Under the pieces are notes generated by a model. That model worked only from the letters and a program-made list of their open reading frames with translations. It was not told where the DNA came from and made no database searches. From Hydrolagus affinis (lineage: Eukaryota): a DNA stretch of 64,000 bases. A program made the translations under genes and the position numbers. Location of the stretch: NCBI GenBank assembly GCA_012026655.1, contig JAAILG010000882.1, positions 1 through 64,000 of the forward strand, read 5' to 3'. Below are positions 37,651 through 50,409 of the stretch, in pieces; the stretch's first letter is position 1; every line of letters begins with the position of its first letter.

Positions 37651-38146
37651 CTATAATTTTGGTTGAGTGATCTGTCTGATATATTTATTCAGTGCTGCTC
37701 TCCACTGATGACCCTAATTTCCATCGATGAAGTTATGGAATCTGTGGTAGGTAGAGAAGAGACTGATTATACACAGAGAGGTTACAGCATATTAGCTAAG
37801 GAGTAACAGATGGATTTTAATGTAGATAGATATAAGGTAATAGGTAATGTTTGATTGTATGCAATATGAAGGATGTCTATTAAAAAAGCAATTTGACTTA
37901 AACTATGAAAGTAAATTTGAGACAAGAAATACAATATTTACAAGCTTTCAGATTACATTCTTTCGCCCTTATCACCAGATACATGTACACACACAGGTTC
38001 CAAGAGGAAAGTATAACTGGAGGTACACAGTCTAAAGAAACCTCTTTTGCAATTCACATTTCATTTATGCATAGACAGTGATTTCAACCTTGTTTCACAT
38101 TTGCCACCACTCTACCACCATCAATAGCTAAGCATTGGTACTGCCA

Positions 38147-38215
38147 GTCTGTATGCCTTACTGTTGCTTAGTATTTTGGATAAATTACATAAAAAATTGA
38201 GATACAAAGAGTAGA
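38147..38215 (+). repeat. Local duplicated segment A (second copy at 40051-40115)
   Basis: GTCTGTATGCCTTACTGTTGCTTAGTATTTTGGATAAATTACATAAAA vs GTCTGTATGCCTTACTGCTGCTTAGTGTTTTGGGTAAATTACAGAAAA. Confidence 0.85.
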
Positions 38216-38511
38216 TATGTAGAAAAAACTGGCAAATAAAGTAGCTATGCTTAGTTGATCAGGATCTTGAAAATTAACTGGATAAATATCTGTTGGGAAA
38301 TAAGAGGTTATTAATAGACTAAAAGAACCATATACTCTGTAGATATGATGGTCTGTGCTAATGAAACTTGTGAAAGGCAGCCAACCAGGGTAACAGATCA
38401 AGCTTAACTTGAATATCCTCAATGGCTTACTTAAGAAATACTAGACAAAAAAATTACCATTTCCATCTAGTTTATCTTCCACATTTCTGGCAGTCGCATG
38501 CACATATATGT

Positions 38512-38796
38512 GAAGTCCTGTAGCTCAGTGATTAGAGCACTCGCCTTACAAGAGACCTGGGTTCAATTTCAGGCATGGAATCCTTGGGCAAGTTTCCTTA
38601 CTCCAGACGCCTGATAATTCCTCAAAAAAAAATTGGTCATTTCAATCCATGACCATTTGTGAGACACTGCTGTACGCAGTTGGCTGCCGCGTTTCGCCCA
38701 CATATATAGTCAATTCATTTTAAAGTATATTCTGTGAAGAGCTTTGAGACGTCTAGAAGAAATGAAAAGCACGATATCAGATGCAAGGATTATTAT
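38512..38796 (+). mobile_element. Full-length family-A tRNA-SINE
   Basis: TAGCTCAGTGATTAGAGCACTCGCC, GGTTCAATTTC, TTGGCTGCCGCGTTTCGCCCAC, and an L2-like tail. Confidence 0.9.
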
Positions 38797-38874
38797 AGCC
38801 TTGGATTGTCATTTATAATGGATTTGTGTCGATAATTAGGGTCAACATCAATGCAGTTACCAACCAGCAGAATA

Positions 38875-39320
38875 GAACAATGAAATATAGGAACCGGCAT
38901 AGACCATTCAGCCCCTCGCGCCTGTTCCATCATTCTTTAGACCATGGCTGATTTGTACCTCAACTCCAGTTACCTAACTTTGAACCATGTTCCTTGATAC
39001 TCTTACCTAACAAAAAAATGTATCCACCTCAGTCTTGAACATTTGAATGGATCCACAGCCTTTCAGAGGACGGAGTTTCAGATTCTCACTACCCTTGTGT
39101 GGAAAATTGCTTCCTAATTTCAATCCTAAATTGCTCAGGTCTAATTTTAAGATTATGCCCTATTGTTCTGAATTCCCCCACCAGAGGAAATAGTTTCTCT
39201 GTAGCTATCCTATCAAATCATTGTATTATTTTAAAAATTTCAATCAGATCACCACTTAACCTTCTAAACTCAAGAGAATACAGACCAAGTTTATGCAATG
39301 TGCCTCATAATTTAACATAA
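38875..39320 (-). mobile_element. CR1-clade LINE 3' end
   Basis: GACCATTCAGCCCCTCGCGCCTGTTCCATCATTC 3'UTR-type sequence, then the reversed ORF2 end (CTACCCTTGTGTGGAAAA; ATCAGATCACCACTTAACCTTCTAAACTC = FRRLSGDLIE). Confidence 0.85.
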
Positions 39321-41609
39321 TTAAAATTTATTTGCTGATTTGAAGATGCGCTTGCCAGTCATGGTTGTACTACCTATTGTACTACCTAGGCCTGAAATAC
39401 CTAGGTATTGATAGTAGTGGTAAAGTGATAGTAAATGTGAAACAAAGTTGAAATCACCATCCAAGTGTAATTGAAATGTGAACTGCGACAGAGATTTATT
39501 TAGACTGTGTGCCTCCTGTTGTAACTTGGAACAGCCATGATTGATCTGCATGCTTTATCTTTACAGGTGTCAGTTCGATGTTCAGTTTTAAGACAAAAAC
39601 ATCACTGTAGTCATTAGCAGATGCATCATTTCAATCTGTACCAGAAAAGTTCCACATGAGTGACTAAGTGTTTATAATGAGTCGAGACATGTCGAGACAC
39701 CTCAAAGAGTTTTGCAGGATATGCTGTAAAGTGGATTGACTGTGTATCTTGTGGGCAAAATGTGGCAGCCAGTTTGCACACATCAATGTCCTACAAACAG
39801 CCGTGGAGTGACTGACCAATTTTAGCTGGGTGGGGGTGGGGGAAGAATTGTTCAGTTCAGTACTGTATTTTTAAAATTATGCTGCAGTATTTATGTTTTC
39901 CTGAGTAAAATGCTATTGAAATGTGATTCTCTGGGAGAACGTGAGCTGGTCATATTTAATGGTGATAATTATCACAAGGACAAAAATATGGTAGTTATTT
40001 CTCAATTCACAGGCTGTCATAACACAGTCATTTCGTACTGCAAACTTCTTGTCTGTATGCCTTACTGCTGCTTAGTGTTTTGGGTAAATTACAGAAAAAT
40101 TTGGATAAAAAGAGGAAATTTGAAAAGGAAATTAATTATCTGTGAATCAATATGGAAGTAAGAACACTGCCCTAAACTGCCCCTTATGAAAGTTGAGCAT
40201 CAGGATAATAAGAGATGTACGAGCAGATGAAATGCATTAAATAATAGTTTGATATCCTTGCTTGACAAGATAGACTAACCCAATGACAAATACACGTGCT
40301 CTTATCAAGAGAGGCAATTAAATCAAATTTAGTTGAAGCTAGTTTAGAAAATAATTTTATATGTGAGGTGGGTGCACACAATAGTTTATTTTGTATTTAA
40401 ATTATTAAAAGATGTTCTGGGACAGTATTGAGAACAGTGCCCTGACTAATTTTGCCCTGGAACATGTTGTTCAACATGCATGTTGTCTGTTACCCAAATT
40501 GCATCTAATTACAAATCATAATTTTATTATGAAAATTAATATTTACTCTTTTTACTATATCTTAACCTCAACTGTTCAGTATTTAAAGGTTATGCTCATT
40601 TTTTTCCTGAGTAAAATGCCCATTGAAATGTTGCTCTGTGGCACATTACTGAGCAATGACCTCTCAGTGTGTAATTTAATCGCGTCTGCTGCTAGGACCC
40701 AGTTCCTTAGAGAGATCCTATCCAAAATACCCAAGGTTTTTACTTGTTTATCATTTGCTTTCTAGATGCATTTCTACGGTTATGCTACCAATAATTCATC
40801 TAATATATTAATAGTTTACATATGATTGTAACAAAAGCTTCTGTTTAGAGACATTTAATTTCATTGCAAGAGCAGAAGTTTTGCTTCTTATATTCACTAA
40901 ACATTTACCTGTTTTCAGCAAGTTATGAAGCAGACCGATATGCAACAAAGATGGAAAAAAATTCAAAGACAATGTTGTCCTGAATAATGCCCCTTCAAAT
41001 TTTTTTAAAATAATAATAAGAAGAATTTGATCACTCAGAACAAGATGGTGAACTATTTTATTTAGTCTTTTAATATAGTGCATTTTTGTTTTATTTCCTT
41101 TTTTTTTGCTTATCCTCTCCTTAGACATGCATTGTTCATTGTCCAAACGTCCAGTCCTCACCTAATGCCAAGCAACACTATTTCCAGCAGAGGTGGAGGT
41201 AGTGGAGGGGTGGGAGGTGGGGTGGAGCCAGGAACAACAAGCCCATTTGTGATTTTTTTTCTGTTCCTTATGTTGCCCCTCAGAAAACAGCCAAAAACTA
41301 GGGCTCAAATCCGACCTGGCCTGCACTGCTACACTAGGCAATGCCTTCATCCATTAGGGGAGCCATCTTGAGATAATACATAAAATGACACTGAATTTGA
41401 ATTGAGGGAATATATTATACTGTAATAAACAGGAAAAGAAAAAAAGTAATGGTTTCACAGTACAGTAGGACAGTAAAGCAGTGTGGGGATTTAGGGAGTT
41501 CCCTTCCACTCCTGGACGTTTAACAGCTCATTTATATTGCTCGTTGGAAACCAGAGCAGTCCGAATTTCCTGTGCAATCCAGTTTTCATTTAGCAGTGTA
41601 TGAAAGAAA

Positions 41610-42003
41610 TAATTTATATTTTATGATGCTTTATCATATTCAAACATCTCAAGTGCTTCAGATTAATTATTGTCAAATGTAGTGACTATCTTTATAGGCA
41701 AGCATGGCAGCTATTTGCACCAATAACCTCGTGACCTACAGTAAATTAATTATAGTAAATTATTCTGGTGAATTGTTGGCCAGGACAAACTTTCTAGTCT
41801 TTAGGGTCATGGGATATATAACATGCACCTGAACAAACAGAGCTCTATTAAACGTCTGCTCTAAAAGACAGCACTTCTGACAACGAAGTATTTCGCCCAG
41901 TACTATATTGGAGCATCAGATTAGACTAAGTGCTCAAGTCCCTATGTGGGGATTGAACTCACAATCTTCTGACCCAGATGTGAAAGTCTTATAATTGAGC
42001 CAA
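41610..42003 (-). mobile_element. Family-B Deu SINE, near full length
   Basis: Head GTGCTCAAGTCC..GATTGAACTCACAATCTTCTGACCCAGA..TGAGCCAA; Deu core CATGGGATATATAACATGCACCTGAAC. Confidence 0.8.
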
Positions 42004-42093
42004 ATTGTATACGACACCCAAACATGTTATTACCGGATGCAATAGACTCTTGCATCATTATTAAGCATTAGAGAGGATACCAATACCGATTGT

Positions 42094-42469
42094 GGAGTCC
42101 TGTAGCTTAGTGCTTAGTGCACTTGCATCGCCAGCGAGGTAATCTGGGTTCAATTCCCAGTCAGGGTGTAACATTGGGCAAGTTCCCTTAATGCACACTC
42201 CTCTGATAATTTAGCAGCACGTAGGAACCTGGTTGCTCGTCGATTGGCGGATAATTTTTCTGGGGATAATAATCCCCTAAAAAAATAGTAATCAATGGAT
42301 CACACAATCCACAATTGTTTTTGGGACACTGTGTACACAATTGGCTGCTGTGTTTTGCTGAAAAAATATACAGTCAATTCACTTTACAGTATATTCTTTG
42401 ATGCACTTTGAGTCTTTTCGATGTGACAAGGCAATACAGTATATCAAATGCAAGGATTATTATTTATTA
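42094..42469 (+). mobile_element. Family-A tRNA-SINE, long variant with a ~60-bp extra segment
   Basis: GGAGTCCTGTAGCTTAGTG, GGGTTCAATTCCC; extra segment at 42211-42270 between GATAAT repeats. Confidence 0.85.
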
Positions 42470-42529
42470 CCCAGTAATAATCCTAGACATGTTTATCCCG
42501 TCTGGATTAGCAAATTTCCAAATTGGGAC

Positions 42530-42900
42530 TTTGAAATGGCATAGTCTAGGCTCCAGTGCAATGCTGGAGTGTGGGGTGGTGTGGTGGGGGTTGTATTGTA
42601 GGAGGTGCCATTCTTCAGATGCGAAGTTAAACCGAGGCCCAGTCTGCCTGTTCAGATGAAAGTTAAAGATCTCACAGCACTATTCAAAAAGCAATGAGAG
42701 TTTCTCCCAGTGTCCTGGCCAAAAATTCCCCCAAATTGGTCTTCACTTGATGGCTATTTGTGGGCTTCTGCTGGGTGCAAATTGGGTGCCATATCCACCT
42801 ACAAAACATAGTCACCATACTTTACAGTAAATCATGTGCAGCACTTTGAGAAGTCCTAATGATGTAAAAGGGTTATATGAAATTCAGGAATAATTATATT
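42530..42900 (+). mobile_element. Family-B Deu SINE
   Basis: GGAGGTGCCATTCTTCAGATGCGAAGTTAAACCGAGGCCCAGTCTGCCTGTTCAGATGAAAGTTAAAGATCTCACAGCACTATT, a Deu-domain core. Confidence 0.85.
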
Positions 42901-43544
42901 TTAATTAATTTGTCTTTTAATTGCAAGTCTTCCCAATAGGTAAACTACATTCTTGTTTTATGACAATCCCAAAATACCCTACAATATTTTTGGAGGTGTG
43001 TATATTGGATGTTTATGTCAACCCACTGGTTTATCAGGGATTTCCTAGTGAAGTTGCAATTCAAGGGACCAAACTTGTGGCTCTAACCTCAATCTGCTGG
43101 ACCTCAGGGACTCTCTTAAGTGCTCGCAAAGCCAGTACTCTAAGGCTTCTCTCTTTCTCTGTAGCTCTTAATGATCTGAAAAGTTGTCAGAATCTGAAAC
43201 CAATTCAGTACCTTTAGAAAGCGACATACTGCCAGACCAAATTCAGGGAAATTTATGGAACTTCTTCAGCTATGTGACAGGGTTGCCTGTGGACCTTGCC
43301 ACGGAGCCTTTCACTTTTTCACCTTGGTCTAACCAGCAGGAAATCACCTCCCTCTCCCCCTCCCAACAGTTTTCCTTTCCTCCCACACACATCCTGACCG
43401 AGGCTGGTGAAATGTATGCTCTGGGGAAAGCCGGAGTACAGCTAGTATTGTTGGGAACTGAACCCAGGACTCCCCAAGTCAACAGTCTGAATGCTGTAAA
43501 TTCTGGCCCACTCAAAACCAAACACAGTTTCCGTATTAAAAAAT

Positions 43545-43635
43545 TCAAAACACAAAGCGCTGGAAATGTCAAACAGACGGTCAAGCTCCATCTGAAAGAG
43601 AAAGGGTGGGACGAGACCCTTCATCAGAAGTGGAA
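43545..43635 (-). mobile_element. Penelope-like terminal fragment with a decayed hammerhead core
   Basis: Homologous to 60108-60213. The minus strand reads CTGATGAAGGGTCTCGTCCC but the GAAAC segment is missing. Confidence 0.6.
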
Positions 43636-46098
43636 CAATTGAGCTGCCATAGCCTCTCTAAAGGATGGGGAGGGTCGGTAGAACAAGAAAGTAAAAGACA
43701 TTATGAAGAAATTCAAGCTCACTGTCTCCATTCAGAAACAGCTCTAGATTTATATGGTTGTGTGAATAAGCTATAAGAAATCACACTCTTGTTTCACTTT
43801 TTATTTTGTTGCAAAAATATCCCCAATAGTCCTTAAAGTGTAAAGTTACAGTACATGTTACTTTCGCTTGGACTAATGGATTGCTCTGTTAAATTGTGTA
43901 CCCTTAGAACCATGATAAAATGATAACCTTTCATTGTACAGAAAGTACATTTCACACTTAAAATATCATGATATGTTTTCTCAAGTATTTTATTTATTGC
44001 TTTACAACGATGTATTTCTGGATTAATGAAGTTTCTTGTAGACTTTGACACTTCAGTTATAATTTAGTCAAGTGATCATAGCACTTTTTCTATGTATAGT
44101 GTTGTGTGTTTACAGTAGTTCCCTCATAGATGGAATTATACACATGAGACTAAAATGTTTGCCAGGCATTACCAAGTACAGTACTATAAGCCTAAACAGT
44201 ACAGAATCTTGGCAAGGTGAAGCTTAGAAAAATACATCTAACTGATGGATATTTGTTTTTATAGCATTTCAAAAGATATTTTATTCTGAATACCTGTGCT
44301 GTTTGCACTAAAAGAATACACTTCAGAAATTACAACTCATATTTATTTACCATCAATGGTCCGTTTACTGCTTTTCTCTGTTCAGTTAAAGGGTTCTGGA
44401 TAATTCTCGAGTTCATTTATTTATAAATTGTACCAGAAAAGTTACACTTTCAGGCATTTACTTTGCTAATTAATTTATGTCAGTCCACTTACATTATAGA
44501 TTAGCAAATCAATTTTTAATTTGACCTGCATTTCCAATTCTGTTATATGATACATGCAATGTACAGAAACTATTAGTAATCGATTAATTAACCACACAGA
44601 ACTGTTAGGTCATTTCATTTGGTATTTGTATTTTTCCATTTGTGTGTTCTATCACACACTCCAAAAATATTGCACTGGATTAGTATTTAGTATTTAGTAA
44701 ATTAGTATACAGTATTTAGTAAAACTACAAAGGTATATTGGGGTGAATTGCTCTGCTCTGTTAACTTGTTCGCTGGTTTATTGTACATCTTTGCTGGTCT
44801 TGAAGAGAATCTTTCTGGAATGGAAACAGCCATTGCTCCTAGTTTCTTTATTGATATGCGAATAAAAATTTCAAAAGTGGTCTCGATAGGATCCAAATTA
44901 CAGGAATCGTGAAAGGATTGTAATCTGTAAATCATAGATATGTCACACCAACCCTCTGGACCTCCATTCAGATATCAATCTGAGTTCCAACCCTTGTGAA
45001 GCAAATACACAGCAGAGCAGCAAAGGGTCGCCCCAAAATATCTGGGATTCATTAGTTCTGAATTCTTTTAGGATTCCCGCAATTTAGAGCCCAGTGTTCT
45101 GGGGTTAATGAGGGGGAAATTCTTCCAGGATGATCATTATCCAGTGTCCTATACTGGCAAATAGACCTATCTGGGAAGAATAGAATCAAGCTCAGCTGTG
45201 ATGCTGTCTGCAGTCAAATAGTGTACTGACACTCGCTGGCCAGTCTCTTGCATGAAAAACAGCCACTTAGGTGAAATACTGAAGGGCTTGTTGGTGCCTA
45301 AGGAACCGTATCTCTACACGAGTCATTAAATGCATTCAGCAGAGGGGAGAAGAAGTGAAAATATTGGATACAAAAACAGACACGTTCATTCCTCTTTTTA
45401 ATGAGAATAAAAGGTATCTGCATCTCTGTTTTATTTGTATGAGAAGCACCTTGATAGAAAAGTCCTACAAACACTTTCATGAAAGGCGGCTATCCCAAAC
45501 AAGTGACAAAGTTACAAACTCATGTAGCTTTGAGGAGAAGAACTATATGTAGCAAGATCATAAGACAAGAAGGACTTGTTTCATGTTAAGATCTGAGCTG
45601 GTTTGACTGACAGGCAGAAGTAAACTTCAGCATCACTGATTTTTTGCAGAGAAAGGAGAAAAAAATAAGTCTGCTGAGAAATACCAGCTTTACCAGATTT
45701 AAATGTCAGAGCTGTTCCAAAGAAGAGGCAGACAAGTGCAGATCAGAAGGCATGGCAGAAGTTGATGCTCGAGTGAGCTGCAGACAGTATCATTTTCCAC
45801 TCTAGATGCTGGAACTTGGTTCTTTGGCTCCTTTGTTTCTAGGCAGAGCACTCCCTGACCAATGTAAAAATGCATTTCACATTCTAATGAGTCTGGGGAA
45901 GCGTGCTTGGCAGCTGTTCATGCGCAATAATGATTCATACTGTTTAGCATTATGTACTGCTGCTGTAAGGTTCAGAAAGTGTCTTGCAGAGATCATGGTA
46001 AATAGCATGGGCACCTCTATTCTATGTGTCAGTGACTTGTTTAGATTAGCTGCCTTAAGTTATTCGGTGAGCTTAATAAATTTCCCTTCTTCTTGTAG

Positions 46099-46148
46099 GT
46101 AAAGAAAACACAGCCAGACTCAGATGTTACAGAGCTTCAGAACTCCAG
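46099..46148 (+). CDS. EYA4: EYA4 coding exon (50 nt; VKKTQPDSDVTELQNS-R), equivalent of mammalian exon 3
   Basis: Acceptor TTTCCCTTCTTCTTGTAG| and donor CAG|GTAATT. Similar to recalled human EYA4 VKKTCTESDVSQSQNSR. Its phase-2 end joins the 54951 exon in frame. Confidence 0.9.
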
Positions 46149-46629
46149 GTAATTGAGAATTCTGTCCTCTCAGTTTTCCGACCTGTACTGTCAGAGGCTG
46201 CTGCATTGCCTCGAATTCAGGGCTTGAGAGTTTGCTCATTGTGTTACTAACAAATTCAAATTCAAAATTTCTATAAACAACCCTAAGAATGGTTGCAGAT
46301 GGAGAGTGTTACAGTAAGGAAATGATTAAAGTGGGTGTGGGAACTCTGTCAGGAGAATTCTTGGAGTGACATGCCGATATCAGCAAATTCCTTTTCCGGC
46401 TCAGCATTCTCGCCTCTATAGGGAGCAAGCATTCAAGCTACAGATGCAACTGGAAATCAGGACATTGGAATTTACTGTCCTGTACAGTCGCCAAGTTGTT
46501 TAAACTTTCAGTTTTAATTTTGCCTGGCATGTTTGTAAAACTATAATTGATTAAATCAATTTGACATCTTTAGACCTAAGTGGAAAGTTATTTTTCTGAT
46601 CCTTGTATTATGCATTCATGATTGATACA

Positions 46630-46935
46630 GTGCCTATAACATTGAAATGTTCTAAAACGCTTTACATGTAATTGCTGATAAGTGAAGTGACTGGATTTTT
46701 TCAGGAAATGCAGCGGTCACTTTGCACCCGGTAATGTCCCCTCAAATAGCCATGAAATAAATGGTCAATTTATCTGAAGGATTGTTGGCGAGGAGCCCAG
46801 GATAAACTGCCTTTCCTTTTTGGATAATGCCATGGGATCTTTAGCATCTACCTGAACAGACAGATGGGACATCAGTTTAGTCTCTCATCGAAAATCATGT
46901 AGTGCTCCGTTAGAATTGTACTATGACTGAGCTGA
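46630..46935 (-). mobile_element. Family-B Deu SINE fragment
   Basis: GCCATGGGATCTTTAGCATCTACCTGAACAGACAGATGGG core. Confidence 0.75.
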
Positions 46936-48349
46936 CTTTTTCATATAGTCGGACCTTATTATAACATGACAGCTTGGATCTGCAAAATCAAACCTCACAT
47001 TATTAAAATGCCTACCAGTCAGTGCTTCTAGGGCATCAGGTCACTGCTGATCTCACAGCGTGGAGGAAATTAGCTCCTGCTCCAGCGAGGAAACTGATCA
47101 AGTGTTCCCCACTTCTGCTGTTTGGTACATCCACACTTTTATCAGGCTCATACTTTATAGGAGCACTTTGTTGATTGGGCTATATTTAGAATTTTACAGA
47201 ACGTGGGTCGAATGTCGGGGCGAACCTGGCAGCATTTCAAAAATATGTTTGATGTGACAAATAGCACATTATTGAAACCTCGTCAATTTCATCCCAGTTT
47301 ACTCAATCTAAAATAATCTAAACAATTTAAATAATCTAAACAATCGAAAATCCAAGCAAGCAATTCCCTAGTAGGAATTTTCCATTCAATTTCATCATGC
47401 AGATCTTTTGATCCATTGGAATCAAATTTGAATCAACTTGATTCTAGCATAAATTGTGTCTAAATCCTTTGTATATTTATTGCATAGCAAGCTATAACAA
47501 CTACTTGCATTTACGTAGTGCCCCTCATGCAGAGGGTAGGGACCCAGAGCGCTTGTTGTCAGCTGCCCGTATTCAGTGTGTTAAAGGAAACTTGGCCTGT
47601 GCTGATTTAGCAGTTTTTTATACATTGTATAAAAAACTGTTTGAATTCAGATTTAGTTGCAGCGTGAGTGACTAAATGGGCTGCGGTATTAATATTACAG
47701 AATGGCCATTTTTGAATAAGCAGTCTACTAGACTACTGATCCAGGCAAACCAGTTTATTTGTAAGGACTCAGCTTTATATCCACCCATCTCTTGTTACAT
47801 AAATGGATAAGTGGATATAGAAATAGATGGAACTACAGGGAAAAAATGCAGCAAGATGATTTTATTGACCTATCCATTGTAGGTTATTTCATTCCTGTTA
47901 GATGAAATTACTTTTATGTCATTGTTAACCCTTAATATACTAGTCATTGTGTTTCTTTGTATTAATTGTTGTGTATCTCAGAGCACAATGATAATTTAAT
48001 AACTTAATACTGGCAGTGAGAAAACGCAGCCCACTCCTATTTATTATGCCTTTATACTGCCAGGAATTAAGCCCTTTTGCTCCTGGCAGTTTCACTTTGC
48101 GGAGTGGGAAGCGTCTGATGTATCCTCGTTGCTCCAAATTGGAGCCAAAGCAAATCAAGCACCCAGCTTTAGTGTAATGTAGATGTAAAGTCGGTCCACA
48201 GTCTGCTTGCTGCTTGCACAGAGCACCAAAATCAGATATTTCCTTTTTAATGTCATTAAAGAGACAATTATATGATCAGCTGTTTAATAACATTGAAATT
48301 TGACCCACTGAAAGTTGCTGGATTGTCCCATCATATAGCTTTCTATATA

Positions 48350-48557
48350 CAGTAAAAGCCCGTTTATCCGGCACCTGATCATCCGTTACTTCCATATAAC
48401 TGGCATTGCAAACAAAAGGTCCGCATTCGATTAACCAGAATTTATCCAGAAAAATGCATAGAATTTTTTTTTTTTGCGTTTTCGGTCGAATATCCGGCAT
48501 GTGCTTTAACCGGCATAGGCTGGGTCCTGAGGGTGCCGGATAAACGGGCTTTTACTG
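48350..48557 (-). mobile_element. pogo/Tigger-like MITE, 208 bp (same TIR family as 516-1022, opposite orientation)
   Basis: Perfect 26-bp TIR CAGTAAAAGCCCGTTTATCCGGCACC and TA TSD on both sides. Confidence 0.93.
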
Positions 48558-48849
48558 TACCAGTGAGCCTAGTGCATTTATATAGCAGCTTAATGAATGC
48601 TGTGAGGAGTATGACTTCAGTTTGGGCTTTCTGAAACACCATTTGCTAGCTGGTTAGGAAAGTTGGGAGGAAATTGGATTTGTATATACCTGGAGATATG
48701 TTTTTAAAGTAGATGAAACATATATGGCAATGATGGTTTATACGTAACTAAATTGCTAGCACAAAACAAACACAGTTGAGCCATCAAGCCAGGGTCGCTT
48801 ATGGTATGAAATTCCCTTGTTAGATGTGCTCAAAGACAAAAGGCCAAGG

Positions 48850-49060
48850 CTACCATTTGAGGATTGTTACAAACTGCCAGGCCAAAGTAGGAATAAGGAT
48901 ACGTCACTAAGCTAACATCGGGGAGAAAAAGAAGATAGTAATGATGGGAGACTTCAATGAGCCTAAAGTAAACTGGGAGTACACAAATGGGAAGGACTCC
49001 CAAGACTTCAACCCAGACTATGTAGTACAACTGCTTCCTGACTCTTTCTTGATTTTCATT
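48850..49060 (+). mobile_element. CR1 endonuclease-domain remnant
   Basis: ATAGTAATGATGGGAGACTTCAATGAGCCTAAAGTAAACTGG = IVMMGDFNEPKVNW, the APE GDFN motif. Confidence 0.65.
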
Positions 49061-49667
49061 GAGTGACCGAGACACTTATCACAGGGTTGTAGTTGATCCA
49101 TTAGGTTGCAGGGCTCAACCATCAACACCAAGAAACTGGGTCATTGGTAGATGAATGGGACTAAATGGATATCACCTTTAGAGAGCAAGCACAGGCACTA
49201 TGGACCAAAAATCTCCTGCAGTGCTGTAAATGTCTAATCTACATGTCTATCTATCAAACTGGATTAGTCGGTCAGTTGGCAGGGTACTAAGTTAACTCCA
49301 CAGAACAAAATAAGAGTTAAGATGCTGTCTGGTAACTCATCATCTAGTGCCATGATGAATGGACCGGTTTTAGACCCAACCATTATATTGAAGTCAAAAA
49401 AGTATTCATTCCTCTTGATTAGTTTGTGCCTTTAGTTGTTGACTGACTATATTTTCCAAGGTGATAAATACCATTGTTAATTAACAGAGCACAGGTCACA
49501 AGTTTCACCCCTGATTCACAAGTTATTTATATTTTATTTTGAAATGTTTACTTTTAAAGTAAAAGACATCACATAAATGGCTTGGTTTTTGTCAACCATT
49601 GGATATCTAGACTTTAATTTGCTGAGGAACCTGCCTTTGATAGCGTTTTTCAGCCATTCAGAGGACA

Positions 49668-49900
49668 ATAATAACAATAATCCTTGCATTTGATATGATG
49701 TCTTATTACATCTTCAAGATGTCTCAAAGTGCTTCACAGGATATACAGTATCATGTGAAGTACTTTGAGACATAAAGTGGATTGACTGTGTATTTTGTGG
49801 GCAAAACATGGACAACCAATTTTGCATTCAGCAGTGTCCAACAACAGTGAAAGAGTGACCAATTTTATTGGGGGCCAAGAAACCAGGGGAAGCTCCCTTC
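49668..49900 (-). mobile_element. SINE 3' half containing a 25-bp-arm fold-back (49719-49773)
   Basis: SINE tail and core on the - strand; ATGTCTCAAAGTGCTTCACAGGATA-TACAG-TATCATGTGAAGTACTTTGAGACAT. Confidence 0.8.
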
Positions 49901-50409
49901 AATGATTTTGATGTGGGATTTGAGAGGTACAGAAAGTGTTTGAAGGTTAGACTTGAAGTAAAAGTAAAGTTAAAAATAATATACAAGCTAAATGCAAACA
50001 AATATACTCCTTCTATGCATTTTACAATGTGTTAGAGCTGCAAGCATGTCTTTTAAACTTGTAGCCTTTTATGTTAGTGTAGCGGCAGGTCTCTGAAGTA
50101 CACACAATATCCAAATTATCCACGTATTCTTAGTAGCTAAAGCTAATAATGCCTCTCAGAAAACACAAGTGCTTAGCCAAAGTACATTTGTCCATGAGAA
50201 GGATGAATGAACAATGCATGCCATATGTGATTTGAGTTCTTCAATCCATTTAGAGGTTTCCAGCTAGTCTCAATGAAACAGCGATGAAATAGATTAAATG
50301 TATGCTATAAATACATCAAAAAAAATGCTAATAAGAAACTTCCTAAAGGTAGTATTTTAACCCCAAATGTGACAAAAGTTTCTCAATTTTTTTTTTTGGA
50401 GGGGTGGGA

